Origin: Felis catus
Lineage: Eukaryota
NCBI RefSeq assembly: GCF_018350175.1
Contig: NC_058368.1
Span: 158,412,001 to 158,476,000, forward strand
Direction: 5' to 3'
DNA length: 64,000 nt
Shown here: piece after piece, positions 1-12,920 of the stretch
Numbering within the stretch: the first letter of the stretch is position 1
Layout: each line of letters starts with the position of its first letter
The notes under the pieces: generated by a model
The model's database searches: none
What the model was told of the DNA's origin: nothing
The model's input: the letters and a program-made list of their open reading frames with translations, nothing else
Position numbers and translations under genes: made by a program

Positions 1-58
1 AGCCAGGAGCTAGTTCTTTGAAAAGATCAACAAAACTGATAAACCTTTAGCTACATTC

Positions 59-96
<38 letters not shown>

Positions 97-373
97 TTCA
101 AACAAAATCACAAATGAAAGAGGAGAAATAACAACAAATACCACAGAAAAACAAGCAATTATAAGAGAATATTATGAAAAATATATGCCAATAAATTGGA
201 CAACCTAGAAACATATAACCTACCAAAACTGAATCAGGAAGAAATAGAAAATTTTAACAGACTGATTACCCCTAACAAAATTAAATCAGTAATCAAAAAA
301 CTCCCAACACACAAAAGTCCAGAACCAGATGGCTTCACAGGTGAATTCGACTAAACATTTAAAGAAGAGTTCA

Positions 374-590
374 GGGGTGCCTGGGTGGTTCAGTCAGTTA
401 AGCTTCCAATTTCAGCTCAGGTCATGATCTCATAGTACGTGAGGTCAAGCCCCACATCACTCTCATGCTGACAGCTCAGATCCTGGAGTTTGCTTCGGAT
501 TCTGTGTCTCCCTCTCTCTCTGTCCCTTCCCTGCTCACAGTCTGTCTGTCTGTCTCTCTCTCAAAAAATAAATAAACATTAAAAAAAAAT
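374..590 (+). mobile_element. CAN-SINE
   Basis: GGGGTGCCTGGGTGG head, CT tract, A-tail. Confidence 0.9.
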
Positions 591-1031
591 TTAAGGAAGA
601 GGTCATGCCTATTCTTCTCAAACTCTTCCAAAAAATAGAAGAGGAAGGAAAGCTTCCCAATTTATTCTATGAGGCCTACATTACCCCAAAGCAAAACCAG
701 ATAAAGACACTACCAAAAAAGAGAACTACAGGCCAATATCTTAGATGAACATAGGTGTAAAAATCTTCAACAAAATATTAGCCAACTGAATATAACAATA
801 CATTAAAAAATGATTCACTACAAACAAGTGGGGTTTATTGCTTGCATGCAAAATTGAATGTTTGCAAATCAATCAATGTGATACATCACATCAACAAAAG
901 AAAGGATAAAAACAGTATGGTCATATCAATAGATGCAGAAAAATAATTTGACAAAGTACAATAACTATTTATGATAAAAATGCTCAACAAAGTAGGTTTA
1001 GAGGGAACATACTTCAACAAAGGTCATATAT

Positions 1032-1160
1032 GGGGGTACATGGGTAGCTCAGTCATTTGAATATCCAACTCTTGATCTTGGCTTGGGTTTTAGTCTCAGG
1101 GTTGTGAGTTTGGGCCCCACATTGGACTCCATACTGGGTATGAAGCCTACTTAAAAAAAA
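1032..1160 (+). mobile_element. CAN-SINE (short, old)
   Basis: tRNA-derived head and A-tail. Confidence 0.8.
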
Positions 1161-2514
1161 TCAGATATGAAAAACCCACAGTTAACATAATACTCAACAT
1201 ACTCAACATACTCAATGGTGAAAAACTGAAAGCTTTCCCTCTAGGATCAGGAAAAAGACAAAGATTCACACTCTCATCAGTTTTATTCAACAGAGTACTA
1301 GAAGTCCTAGCCACAACAACAGACAACACACACACAAAAATAAAGGCATCCAAATTAGTGAGGAAGAAGTAAAATTTTCACTATTTGCAGATGACATAAT
1401 ACTACATATATAAAACCCAAAAACTCTACCAAACATTACTAAAACTGATAAATGAATTTAGGAAGGTTGTAGGATACAAAATCAATGTGCAGAAATCATT
1501 ACATTCCTATACACTAAGAATGAAGTAGGAAAAAGAGAAATTAAGAAAACAGTCCCATTTACAATTGCACCAAAAATAATAAAATACCCAGGAATAAATT
1601 TAACCAAGGAGGTGAAAGACCTGTACTCTGAAAATTATAAAACACTGGTGAAAGAAATTGAAGATGACACAAACAATTGGAAAGAAATTCCACGCTCATG
1701 GATTAGAGGAAGAAATATTGTTAAAATGTCCATACTACTCCCAAGTACTCTACAAATTGAACGCAATCCCTATCAAAATGCCAACAACATTTTTTCACAG
1801 AACTAGACCAAATAATTCTAAAATTTGTATGGAAACACAAAAGACTCTGAATAGCCAAAGAAATCTTGAAAAGATAAAAACTGACGGTCTTACAATCCCA
1901 GATTACAAGATATACTACAACTCTATAGTAATCAAAATAATATGGTACCGGTACAAAAATAGACATATAGATCTTTAGAAAAGAATAGAAAGCCCAAAAA
2001 TAAACCCATGATTATATGGTCAATTAATCTTTGACAAAGGAGGAAAAAAATATGCAATGGGGAAAAGATAGTCTTTTCAGCAAATGGTTTTGGGAAAACC
2101 GGACAGCTACATACAAAAGAATGAAACTGGACCACTTTGTTATACCATACACAGAAATAAACTCAAAATGGATTAAGACCCTAATTGTGAGACCCGGAAC
2201 CATTAAAATCTTAAAGCAGAAAACAGACAGTAACCTCTTTGACATTGGCTGCAGCAACTTCTTACTAGATACTAGATACGTCATCTAAGGCAAGGGAAAC
2301 AAAAGCAAAAATAAACTTTGGGACTTCATCAAAATAAAAAACTTCTGCATAGGGAAAGAAACACTTAAGAAAACTAAAAGGCAACCTATGAAATGGGAGT
2401 AGATATTTGCAAATGACATATCTGATAAAGGGTTAGTTTTTAAAATATATAAAGAACTTATACAACTCCATCCCCCAAAACAAATGATCCAATTTAAAAA
2501 TGGACAGAAGACAT

Positions 2515-2640
2515 GGACGCCTGGGTACCTCAGTCAGCTGAGCATCTGACTCTTAGTTTTGGCTCAGGTCATGCTCTCATGGTTTTATGGGTTTGAGCAC
2601 TGCATGGGGCTCTGTGCTGGCAGCACGGAACCTGCTTGGG

Positions 2641-2715
<75 letters not shown>

Positions 2716-2774
2716 CCCTCCCCACTTGCACAGTCTCTATCTCTCTCAAAATAAATAAATAAACTTAAAAAAAT
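2515..2774 (+). mobile_element. CAN-SINE with (CT)n(CA)n expansion
   Basis: Head, microsatellite at 2644-2711, A-tail. Confidence 0.85.
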
Positions 2775-3216
2775 AGAAGACATTAGCAGACATTTCTCTG
2801 AAGACATCCAGATGGTCAAGAGACATAAGAAAAGGTGCTCAAGATCACTCGTTATTAGGGAAACACAAAAACTACAACAAGAGATCACCTCACACCTGAC
2901 AGAATGGCTAAAATAAAAAACACAAGAAACAACAAGTGTTGGCAAGGATACGGAGAAAAAGGAACCCTCTTGCACTGTTGGTAGGAATGCAAACTGGTGT
3001 AGCCACCTTGGAAACGAGTCCAGAAATTTCTCAAAAAATTAGAAATGGAATTACCATATGATCTGTTAATCCCACTATCGGGTATTTACCCAAGAATACA
3101 AAAACACTAATTTGAAAAGATGTATTCACCCCTGTGTTTGTGGCAGCATTATTTACAATTGCCAAATTGTGGAAGCAACCCAAGGTCCATCAACAGAAAA
3201 ATGGTAAAGATGTGGT

Positions 3217-3218
<2 letters not shown>

Positions 3219-3258
<40 letters not shown>
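3219..3258 (+). repeat. (CA)n microsatellite within L1
   Basis: Read directly. Confidence 0.95.
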
Positions 3259-3260
<2 letters not shown>

Positions 3261-3425
3261 CTATTACTCAATCATAAAAAAGAATAAAATCTTGCCATTT
3301 GTAACAACTAGAGGGTATAATGCTAAGAGCAATAAGCCAGTCAGGAAAAGCCAAATGTGATTTTACTCATATGTGGAGTTTAAAAAACGAAGGACCAAGG
3401 AAAAAAGAGACAAACCAAAAAACAG

Positions 3426-3650
3426 ACTTTTTTTTTTAATTTTTTTAAACATTTATTTATTTTTGAGACAGAGAGAGACAGAGCATGAACGGGGGAGGGG
3501 CAGAGAGAGAGGGAGACACAGAATCGGAAGCAGGCTCCAGGCTCTGAGCCATCAGCCCAGAGCCCGACGCGGGGCTGGAACTCACGGACCGTGAGATCGT
3601 GACCTGAGCTGAAGTCAGACGCTCAACCGACTGAGCCACCCAGGCGCCCC
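3426..3650 (-). mobile_element. Young Felis-type CAN-SINE
   Basis: CpG-rich; TSD AAAAAACAGACTTTT. Confidence 0.92.
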
Positions 3651-3856
3651 AAAAAACAGACTTTTAATTATAGAGAATGAACTGATGGTTGCCAGAGGGG
3701 AGATGGGCAAGGTGAAACGGATGAAGGGAATTAAGAGTACACTTATCTTGATGAGCACTAAGTAATGTATAGAATTGTTGAATCACTATATTGTACACCC
3801 GAAACCAACAAAACACTATATGTTAATTATACTGGAATTAAAATTTTAAAAAAATT

Positions 3857-4147
3857 GATACTGAGGCCAGACTCTATACCAACTGAATCAGAATTTCCAC
3901 AGGAAGCTAGACATCAGTACCTTTTTAAACTCCCAAGGTGATTGCAATATACTGCCCAGTTTGAGAATTGATGTCCTCTACCAGTTCTTAAACTTTAATA
4001 TGCATATGAATTTCCTAGGCATCTTGTTAATATGCAGATTCTGATTCAGTAGGTCTGGGATGGCATGAATTTCTTCATTTCTAACAAACTCCCAAGAGAT
4101 GCTGTTGCTGCTGCTGCTAGTCCGGGATCACACAGTGAGTAGTAAAG
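3857..4147. mobile_element. MER5-type (hAT-Charlie) DNA transposon remnants
   Basis: actgaatcagaa..caggtgatt..gtttgagaa and atgcagattctgattcagtaggtctggg motifs. Confidence 0.75.
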
Positions 4148-4422
4148 TCATGGATGACAGTTTTATATTTTGTTCTCTTTCCCAACCCCCTGCATCTTCT
4201 CCCCTATCCAGACAATCAGAAAATGAATCAAAATTCAGAATTCAGAAATAGAGAAGCAATGGTAAAAGAATTAGTTGACTTGGAGACTGCTTCTGCTGAT
4301 GTAAATAAGTTTAAAAATGGAACAAATGATGAATTTAAGGTCCTATTTGCATGCCATAATCAGATGGTCATTGAAATGGCATGATGACTGTCCAGGAAAA
4401 TGCCATGTAAAAGTTAAGTCAA

Positions 4423-4645
4423 GGGGTGCCTGGGTGACTCAGTCGGTTAAGCGTCCAACTTCAGCTCAGGTCATGATCTTGCAGTTCATGAGTTCTAGTC
4501 CTGCATCAGGCTCTGTGCTGACAGCTCAGAGCCTGGAGCCTCCTTCGGATTCTGTGTCTCCCTCTCTCTCTGCCCCTCCCCACTCATGCTCTGTCTCTCT
4601 CTGTCTCTCAAAAATAAATAAAAACATTAAATTTTTTTTAAAAAA
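4423..4645 (+). mobile_element. CAN-SINE
   Basis: TSD AAAAGTTAAGTC. Confidence 0.9.
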
Positions 4646-6424
4646 GTTAAGTCGACATGAAATAAATCTTTTTTAAAATGTGCTAGACAAAGATAATCTG
4701 AAAGCCAATATTTGTAAGTAACAAGAGTTGAGAGAAATAAATGGATGCTAAAATATTGCTTATGAAAAACTTTTCCTGATGATACCTTCATATTGTAATA
4801 AAGAACTTGAATTTGGAGCAAAGGCTCCTATGAATGCTTTAAGCTTAATTTTGTGATTACTATATATTGTAACACTGAAATAGAAGTTCCCTCAATCTAT
4901 TGAAATAAACCTTCACTTGATTGAACAATGATAAGAAACTAAATAAGATTGATTTCCATTAAGTCTTGCTGATTTTCAAAATAACTCATCTGATTTTCTG
5001 TGGAATGTATACTTCAATGTCATATATTTATTTAGCAACCTACTGATACATGTACAAATGAATTCTGTGAAATTGTACCAAGCACACTTGCTCCAGTCAT
5101 AGCTCTTTATGCCATGCTTCTGTTATCAATTTTTAACTTTGATATGTCCTTTATATGTAAACACCATATTTATATGTATCCTGGTAATTACTTTTATTAA
5201 TTTATAGTGTAGATATACCAAAACGTGCTCCATAGAACACCAGGACATAGATCTTCTACCATCCTGTTGAAATAAAACCAGGAAATGCTGCATGTATTTC
5301 TCTCTCTTGGAGATTTATACTGCATTATTGGCATGCTACTAAAGGGTCTGTTACTAAAGCTTGTTGTACAAAATAAAAATAATAAATTAAACTCCTCAAC
5401 TCTCCCACTGCTTTCCTAACCTATTAGTCCATAGAAACCTCCCCAGGGTCCACCTGCCCCCACCCCAGCACCACACATTAGTACCCTATGGTGCCCACTT
5501 TGTAGAACGCTGCTTTAGAATCACAGACCTGATAATACAGCTGAGGGTGTCAGAAAACATTTTGGCATGTTCAGTTTCTTTCGCTTTCTACTCCCTCAAA
5601 AATATCTATTTTAATATATAAACAGCATCCATGAAAATTATTTCTGATAAGAAAGGCTTTCAGGTAATTAAAAGCCTGTGATAATTAAGTTATGGTCTAT
5701 ATTTAATTAACGCTTTATAGTAATTAAACTTTTCTCTAACTGAAGGCATGACTTTGAGATTTGATTATCTGAAAGTAATTTTCTAAGCAATAATTCTGTC
5801 TCTGTTGAAGCACGAATTTGAGAAGTGGGTGAACTTCATCAGACTGCATGGTGACTTACATGGTGTGTCTCCTTTTACTGATAAAGAATGAGCAGGGATA
5901 CCAGAATCTACAAGTGAATTAGATTATAAACAAAACACCAAGGAAAAACAAAAGTCTAGAGCCCTCTGTATACTTGGGACACAGAGCAGTGTTGGCACGG
6001 GCTACCACCACAGTTAAACTGGACTGCTCTATTGATCGATAATGCCAAACATTTTTTTGATGCTGCTTTTCTTTGGTTTCTTTCTTTTTTCAGCCTAGGT
6101 CCTGTGGGTTTTTGTCCATGCAATCTACAGGCATGATGAAGCAGACCTACACCCAGATTCTGATTTCACTTTATGTTTTCAATCTAGGACAATAAGTACA
6201 ATATCTGTTTTCTGGCAAGCCTCCTCTCGAGCCCTGGAATGGGAGCAGTTACAATGACAGGCCTCTCTAGCACGGAAGCAGCAGAGGAGCCAAAGAACAC
6301 AACAGTGCACCGTATGCTGGGGCCAGCAGTGCCTGATTGCTCTCGCTGAAAATGGCAATGAAGCATTAACCTTTTCTCAGGAAAACTGAGACACAGGAAA
6401 GAGGACAAGAGCCAGAGGAAATAC

Positions 6425-6515
6425 CAAAGAAGAAAAAAACAGGAAGTGTAAAGGAGACCAATCGCAAGGACAGCACAGATAATAATCGTGGTACAGAAGG
6501 CAAGCAGCAAGTCCT
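6425..6515 (-). pseudogene. Fossil gene: transmembrane exon
   Basis: tttttctcttctctgctgtcag|EDLLLAFCTTIIICAVLAIGLLYTSCFFLL TG|gtattt; phase 1->2. Confidence 0.6.
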
Positions 6516-7465
6516 CTGACAGCAGAGAAGAGAAAAAGCAATCAGCTTAGAGTGGTTGTATCATGTGAAAAGAGGAGCAAACAGCCTCCTAGGCCTCAAT
6601 GAAAATATTCACTTATTTACGCATTTATTTGTTCATTCATTATTCATTCATTTTTTCATTTCATGCATCCAACAGTGAGTTCTCTCTGTGGGAATCCTTC
6701 ACTTGACTTTTTTCCAGATTCCCACTTCTATTACCATGGATCAAGGCTCTTAGATTCCCTGATTTACTACAACAAAGAGAGGGTCAGTACATTTTTCTGG
6801 CCTTATATACTCAGGAGCATCATGTCTGACACAGATAACGTAGATGAACAACATTATTTTTATGAAAAGGGAGTGACAGTAAGGATGAATCCTGACTGAA
6901 GACAAGATTGCTATCTCTAACCTCCCCAATCTGTGTGTACCATAAGGCCCATCCCTGACCCCCAAGTAGAAAATAAAAACCCTGAACGAGAAAGACACAA
7001 TCCCAGAATTCACTAAGAAAACCATGATTTGACTCCTGAATTTCTAAATTGGGTGGATTCGGGTCTCAAGATAGTTCAGTCAGTTCAAATCGCATATAGA
7101 CAAAAAATACAATTTTTGCATATCTAGATTTGTGGCTCAAGAAACTTATGTTTTCAAGTTTGTTTTGAAGTAAATATTGAAAAAAACCTCATTCTTAGAA
7201 TTTTCTAGTTAGAATTTTATGACAAGTTATAGGAACTATTTAACAACCAAAAAATGATATTATGTTCCCATAAATATAATTTAGTGCTCTCCTACTTTTG
7301 AAAAAATAACTTATTTTAGATGCAGAGTCTTATATTCAAGTCTGACAATTAAAATAGATTTTTCAAAAAACCATATTACAATCCCATAGTTTTAAATTTA
7401 GTTTTACAATGTTCAGATGGTAATGTGAATAGAAACGGTAACTCAATTACTTTTCAAATAAGTAC

Positions 7466-7510
7466 CTTGATGAATATATTCATTTTCTTCTGACAAGGAA
7501 TTATTATTGC
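7466..7510 (-). pseudogene. Fossil gene: juxtamembrane exon
   Basis: Weak acceptor aatttaag|GNNNSLSEENEYIHQ G|gtactt; phase 1->1. Confidence 0.4.
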
Positions 7511-8233
7511 CTTAAATTTAATCTTAGTTCTTCACATGCTGCAGGGATTTTCATGGCTAAACTGCTTTAAATTATCTTATGATTCATCTACCTTGAAATA
7601 TGAATGCACTGTACTCACAATAAGACAGAATAATATGTAGTAGATGTTAGATTGCTTTAAATTTGATTGTCTAGAAATATTTTATTAAAACATTTCTCTT
7701 ACATGGCTAAAAATAATGCCCCTTGATTCACTTTATGGGCAGAGTTGGGAGACTGGACTGAGCTGGTAGTATGTGCACTTGTTCATTCATTCAACAAATA
7801 CAGAGTTAAGCAGATAAAGGATTGAGGCCAGAAAGCTGCTAAAACAAAGAAGAGAAAATCAGTCTTCAAGTCTAGAAGATACTGAGGAAGGAAGGGCCAA
7901 GCTGTATTCTCTAAAGACAGGACTGGTGCCAATGATTCCAGGGGAGATATTGTTTGCTCTCTCTCTGGTTTGAAACAACCTGTGGACAGAAGGTAGGGGA
8001 GAAAAGAATCTAGATTGAGGCAGAAATAGATTGGAAGGCTGCAGGTAAATCTGACGATGTAGTCTAACACAGAAAGGCTACAATTGCTTTAGCCTCACAC
8101 ATATTGAGAATATGTACACTATTAAGTTCAGAAAAAGTATTCCAAAAGTCAGTACCAATGCTTTGTATTCTTATCTCTAGTTAGAAGTGTGTACAGATAG
8201 GCAAATGTCAAGAGCTGGAAGATATAAAGGCAC

Positions 8234-8340
8234 CCGTTAGGTAAGAAGGGCAACTGTTATCAACTCAGTTTAGCCCAGTGGACCCATTTTCTTCCATCAA
8301 GGGATTGGATAATCTGAGTTGTATTCATTCACACTGTAAA
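8234..8340 (-). pseudogene. Fossil gene: exon
   Basis: tttgttccctag|LQCE*IQLRLSNPLMEENGSTGLN*VDNSCPSYLT G|gtgcct; phase 2->1. Confidence 0.45.
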
Positions 8341-8669
8341 CTAGGGAACAAACCTGTTAAGGCAAATTTCCTTTCCCACACAGGCCAGTGACAGATGTAA
8401 ATTTGGAACTCACAGTGAAATGTGGCTTTGGGAAGATTGTTTTCCCCATGCAGGGTTTCAACATTTGTTTTGTGAGCAGAGTGCCTAAGGTAACAGGAAA
8501 TAGTGTTTCAAATTTGTAGTCCAATCAACCTCAAAGTACTTAAAAGGACTAAGAAAAGATAATTTTCCTGTACCTTAGAAAGGTAAGCAAAGTGGTGCAG
8601 ACTCTTAATAGTGGTAGGAATTGCATTTGTGCCCAAAGAGAGGAAGTATTCACTTAAAAAAGAACAATA

Positions 8670-8860
8670 GGGGCAACTGGGTGGCTCAGTTGGTTGAGGA
8701 GTTGAGTGTCTGACTCTTGATTTCAGTTCAGGTCATGATCCCAGAGTCGTGGGATTGAGCCCCACACCTCCCGATGGGGTTCAGAGTCTCTTTTCCTGTG
8801 CCCCTCTCCTCACTTGCACACTCTCTCAGAAAACAAAACAAAAAACAAACAAACAGAACA
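8670..8860 (+). mobile_element. CAN-SINE
   Basis: Head and (AAAC)n tail. Confidence 0.85.
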
Positions 8861-9019
8861 GTAAAGGATGGGTTTTTGAAGGACATTACCTCATTGGAGA
8901 AAATCTGTAGTCACTGCCATTTTTACCCTATCTTGAGTTCAATAATCCTGCTCTCTTGTTCCTGAGCAGTCTTGAATACACACACATACAGCTGTGTTAC
9001 CTGAGCTACTTACTTTTCG

Positions 9020-9231
9020 GTAAAAAAAAAATTAACATTTATTTATTATTGAGAGACAGACAAAGCATGAGCAGGGGAGGGGCAGAGAGAGAGGGAGACA
9101 CAGAATCCAAAGCAGGTTCCAGGCTCTGAGCTGTCAGCACAGAGCCTGGTGCAGGGCTTAAACTCACAAACCACGAGATCATGACCTGAGCAGAAGTGGG
9201 ACACTTAACCAACTGAGCCACCCAGGTGCCC
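9020..9231 (-). mobile_element. CAN-SINE
   Basis: Reverse head ..cccaggtgccc; TSD CTACTTACT. Confidence 0.9.
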
Positions 9232-9485
9232 CTACTTACTTAATTTTCTTAAAAGTTTCTTTTCTCATCTATAAAACGGGAGTAATAGTATCAACCTCCT
9301 AAATCTGTTGTGAGAACAAATGAGATGATCATGCAACACACTTAGCATAGTGACCATCTAGAAGGTAGCAAATATCAATAAAAGATTGTAGTCATTGACA
9401 CAAATTAGTGCTATGTTTTTAATTCAATTGACACTGAAAGATGTAAACAGATGTTGATAAAGTGGTCTATGGCCCATAATTTTAC

Positions 9486-9691
9486 TTGGATCTATAAACA
9501 AATTGGATTAAGCAGATTTATGCACTCAAATCAATGACCAATGTTGTAAAAAAAACCAAAACTGTGAACTCTTGGTTTTTATTTTCATCTTTTATGTTCA
9601 AGCAACAAATAGAGGCATTTACAATAACACCATTATGTGTTCCTGAACAACTTTGCATTTTGCAAAAATTGTACACTAAAAATAACAGGGT
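9486..9691 (-). pseudogene. Fossil gene: exon
   Basis: tgtttttccctacag|TLLFLVYNFCKMQSCSGTHNGVIVNASICCLNIKDENKNQEFTVLVFFTTLVIDLSA*ICLIQFVYRS AA|gtaaaa. Confidence 0.55.
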
Positions 9692-10033
9692 CTGTAGGGA
9701 AAAACAGCATTAACAGCAGAATACTCAAAACCAATGAAAGTTTGAAACCAACGCCCTAAACAGAACTAATTAAAATCCTAATAAGAAGTTATACTAGAAT
9801 GGGTAAATTTCCATGGGCATTTGCCAAAGAATCTCAGTCGTTCCAACCTTTGTGACCTTTTACCCTGGAGTCATGCTTACTTCCTCTTTTGAAATACATG
9901 TCCCTGAAGACAGGCACTTCCACAGAAATCAGTTTGACCAAAATTTAAAATACAATCCAAGAGTAGACTTCACACAACTTACACACAACTTCCCCAATAC
10001 ACTGACCTCATTCTCCAATTCGTATATCATGTA

Positions 10034-10440
10034 TGTGAAATTAATTAAACCAGGAGGCCATTAGACTGAGGTGATTCTAATACCTTAGCAGCCTATGTAG
10101 GCAATTCCAAACCTAAACCTGTAAATGCCTCAAGGTTAAGAAATGGAAACCTAAGGACAATCCTAATGACCAATGACAAGCCGATCACAAACGTAAGGAC
10201 AAATCAATCACAAGCCAATCACAAGCCAATTACACTTTCCCAAATAATGTAACTGCATAAGCTATATAGCCAAATAATTTTCTTGCTTTGCTTCCACCTC
10301 TTCTCTCTAAAAGTGTTTCCTCTAGATTCTGTCAATGGAACATTCCTGACTACTTGCAGTTTGATGCTGCCTGATTCAGATTGAGTGTTGCTCAAATAAA
10401 TGCTTAAAATATTTAATATGCCTTGGTTTATCTTTTAACA
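10034..10440 (+). mobile_element. Solo ERV1-type LTR
   Basis: TG...CA termini, repeated CCAAT-like boxes, AATAAA near the 3' end, ends TTTTAACA. Confidence 0.8.
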
Positions 10441-10544
10441 CATATGTGTAAATTAGTATTAAAGAAAAACACACTGGAGGAGAAGAGACTATATGTTTGC
10501 ATCATCATGATTATGATAACAAATGTAATAATGATGGTACTCAC

Positions 10545-10560
10545 CATTATTCCTTCTTGC
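10545..10560 (-). pseudogene. Fossil gene: 16-nt microexon
   Basis: tatttttctacag|GCAAGAAGGAATAATG|gtgagt. Confidence 0.55.
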
Positions 10561-10670
10561 CTGTAGAAAAATACTTTCAGTCAATGATGAGGGAAGTTGA
10601 ATAAATATCCAATGAAGTGGAACTGCAAGAATATAAACAGTAATTATGTCAAAATACTTTCACAGCATAC

Positions 10671-10836
10671 CTTGCATCTCTCACTCTTGAAACAATAGTG
10701 TATCAAGAAGGCTTTGGAGGAAAAGTCAACCCAAATGGGTATGACCAGATCAATGCCCCTGGTGGGGCTTCCCTAGTGAATTGCACAGTAACTTCTGATT
10801 TCAGAGTAAGGACATAACTCACAGCAACCACACACT
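10671..10836 (-). pseudogene. Fossil gene: exon
   Basis: polyT-gaacag|CVVAVSYVLTLKSEVTVQFTREAPPGALIWSYPFGLTFPPKPS*YTIVSRVRDA AG|gtatgc. Confidence 0.6.
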
Positions 10837-10962
10837 CTGTTCAAAAAAAAAAAAAAAAAAAGGTATGATGACATTTTTTAAACCTTGGTTCACCTCCAGT
10901 CTAAGAATATTGCAACCAAACTTTGGCTGCCCTTGGATCATTTCTACCTCTCTATCACTTAC

Positions 10963-11037
10963 TCAACTGCTTGAGCCACACTTAGATCTGTTTTTACAGT
11001 CCAGTGAATTTGAGGCCCAAGACATTCCCTTCTTGTC
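10963..11037 (-). pseudogene. Fossil gene: exon
   Basis: Long pyrimidine tract ..cctataag|QEGNVLGLKFTGL*KQI*VWLKQL A|gtaagt. Confidence 0.6.
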
Positions 11038-11673
11038 CTTATAGGAATAGAAAGGAATAAAAAGATGCAGAAGAAGGTAATTTTCAGTTCTCTGATAATT
11101 AGTGCAAACACACCTATGCACATATGTGCACACGTGTGTTGATGGATATGTGTTTTCCTTCTCAAGTATAAACCCAACATATCACATGTGGACTATCTAT
11201 CTGCCTTTCTGTCCCTGCACATCTGTTACCATCACGAAGTGCAGAGCTGGGTTCAAGAATGGGAGAACTCAGTAGTTTTCTAGGTCATAGGCCTGATAGT
11301 TAACAGGTATACACATTATAGTTGTTCCAGTCATTAAAATGTTGAAATACTTCCATATAATCTCCCTGGGTCCACAAGTCTCTAGACCACCATCCTGGTC
11401 TCCCGAGTGTCTCCCATGCAAATTCCAGGAGGTTAGCCTCCCATGTGGTCTCAAAGCATCCTGTCTTACTCCTGGTAAATTTATCACTTTGTGTATTGTC
11501 ATCGTTTTGTTTGACCGTTTCCCTGGCTGGAAGTGAGTACTTTGAGAGAAGAAACTGCATCTTGTGATCATTTTATCCTCGACATCTAGCACAGTGCCTG
11601 GCACATAAAAAACTCTCAGTAAATTTTAGTGTAATGGGTTGCAACAACAAGCGTAATAAAAATAGGTAATACT

Positions 11674-11807
11674 TCCTGTAATAATGTCATATGGTGATTG
11701 ATGCTAGCTACACTTGTGGTGAGCACAGCATAATATACAGACGTGTGGGATCACCATGCGGTACACCTGAAACTAATGTAACATTGAGTGTTAATTATAT
11801 GTCAATA
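11674..11807 (+). mobile_element. Very short carnivore L1 3'-end insertion
   Basis: gtacacctgaaactaat 3' UTR motif; 16-bp TSD AAAAATAGGTAATACT. Confidence 0.85.
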
Positions 11808-11834
11808 AAAAATAGGTAATACTGATTTAAAATG

Positions 11835-12030
11835 TTTATTTTTTATTATTGTATTTATTTACTTAATTAATTAATTTATTTTTGAGAGAGAGAGGGAGAG
11901 AGAAAGAGAATCCCAAGCAGCCTCCACATTGTCAGCGTGGAGCCTGATGTGGGGCTCGAACCCATGAGCCATGAGATCATGACCTGAGCTGAAGTCAGAC
12001 ACTCAATTGACTGAGCCACCCAGGTGCCCC
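11835..12030 (-). mobile_element. CAN-SINE
   Basis: Reverse head and T-rich tail. Confidence 0.88.
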
Positions 12031-12339
12031 AATGGGAAATACTTCTAATGCAAACCTGAAAAGCAGTTTTATCCCCATCATTCCTATTTTACAGATGAGA
12101 AAACAGCACAGAGAAATTAAGTGACTTTCCCAAAGTTACATAGTCAAGGAATTAGATGTGATTTGAAAATCAAGGTAGGCTGGCTCTAGAGATTATATAA
12201 TTGCGACTGCATACCCTATGCCCTTGCTTTTGAATGACAGGTAGAATCACAGCAATAATACAGTATCATTTGCCATCATTACAAAATAACCGTAAATTTA
12301 AAAGCCACATATGATTGAGAAAATATGTTTTATACTCAC

Positions 12340-12397
12340 TTTATTTTAATGCTGACTGAATACACGTAATTCATGTCCCGGCCTAGATGGCCGGTCC
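12340..12397 (-). pseudogene. Fossil gene: exon
   Basis: Long pyrimidine tract ..ctccctag|TGHLGRDMNYVYSVSIKI AA|gtgagt. Confidence 0.6.
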
Positions 12398-12904
12398 CTA
12401 GGGAGCAGAATAGGGAGGATGAAAGAAAACAAGTGGGGCCAGAGGGAAAAAACAAAATTCATGTCCAAAGCATTGAGTCAAGATTAGGTACCCACAATGT
12501 ATTAAATATGGGTCTGATGGCAAGGATGGGGGTAGGAATCTGAAAGAGCAAGAGCAAGGAACAGCAGGTTGGAAGGGAAAAGAGACTGAAGTCTAGATTC
12601 TACTAACACGTTTTTGCTGTTATGCCACAGTGGGAGATAAGTGGTATCTAATCATTTTTTTACAACAAACATTGAGCCACTTGTGCAATTGTAAATCTTT
12701 TCTTTGCTTAATTGCACCTAATAAACTTGAACTAATAACTTGATGATCAATGATAGTCATTTGACTTGTAGATTTATGCCAAAGAATATTGAGTGTTTCT
12801 CAGATATCTCTGAAGCTTAAATTTGGGTGACAGTATTTGCCTTCAGTGACAGAGTTAACTAGGTTCATACTGCATGAAAATTTTCCCCCATGCCAGCATT
12901 TTAC

Positions 12905-12920
12905 CTATTAGATGTGCTGC
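12905..12920 (-). pseudogene. Fossil gene: 16-nt microexon
   Basis: cttttttaag|GCAGCACATCTAATAG|gtaaaa. Confidence 0.4.

Larger units (their letters stand above)
1..3850 (+). mobile_element. Degraded carnivore LINE-1 (ORF2 and 3' UTR, continuing off the window) with four nested SINEs
   Basis: ORF2 remnants (KDLYSENYKTL, QWGKDSLF, LPYD); L1 3' UTR and A-tail near 3840. Confidence 0.95.

Noticed and set aside
1147..3639. Short ORFs in L1 and SINE sequence (also elsewhere, e.g. MAQSVERLTSAQV types)
   Set aside because: These are translations of repeats, not genes.
4154..4384. 76-aa ORF with possible transposase-like composition
   Set aside because: No motif I can identify with confidence; it may be a decayed DNA-transposon fragment.
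6133..6163. C box (ATGATGA) and D box (CTGA) snoRNA-like pair
   Set aside because: The boxes span only about 31 nt and there is no terminal stem.
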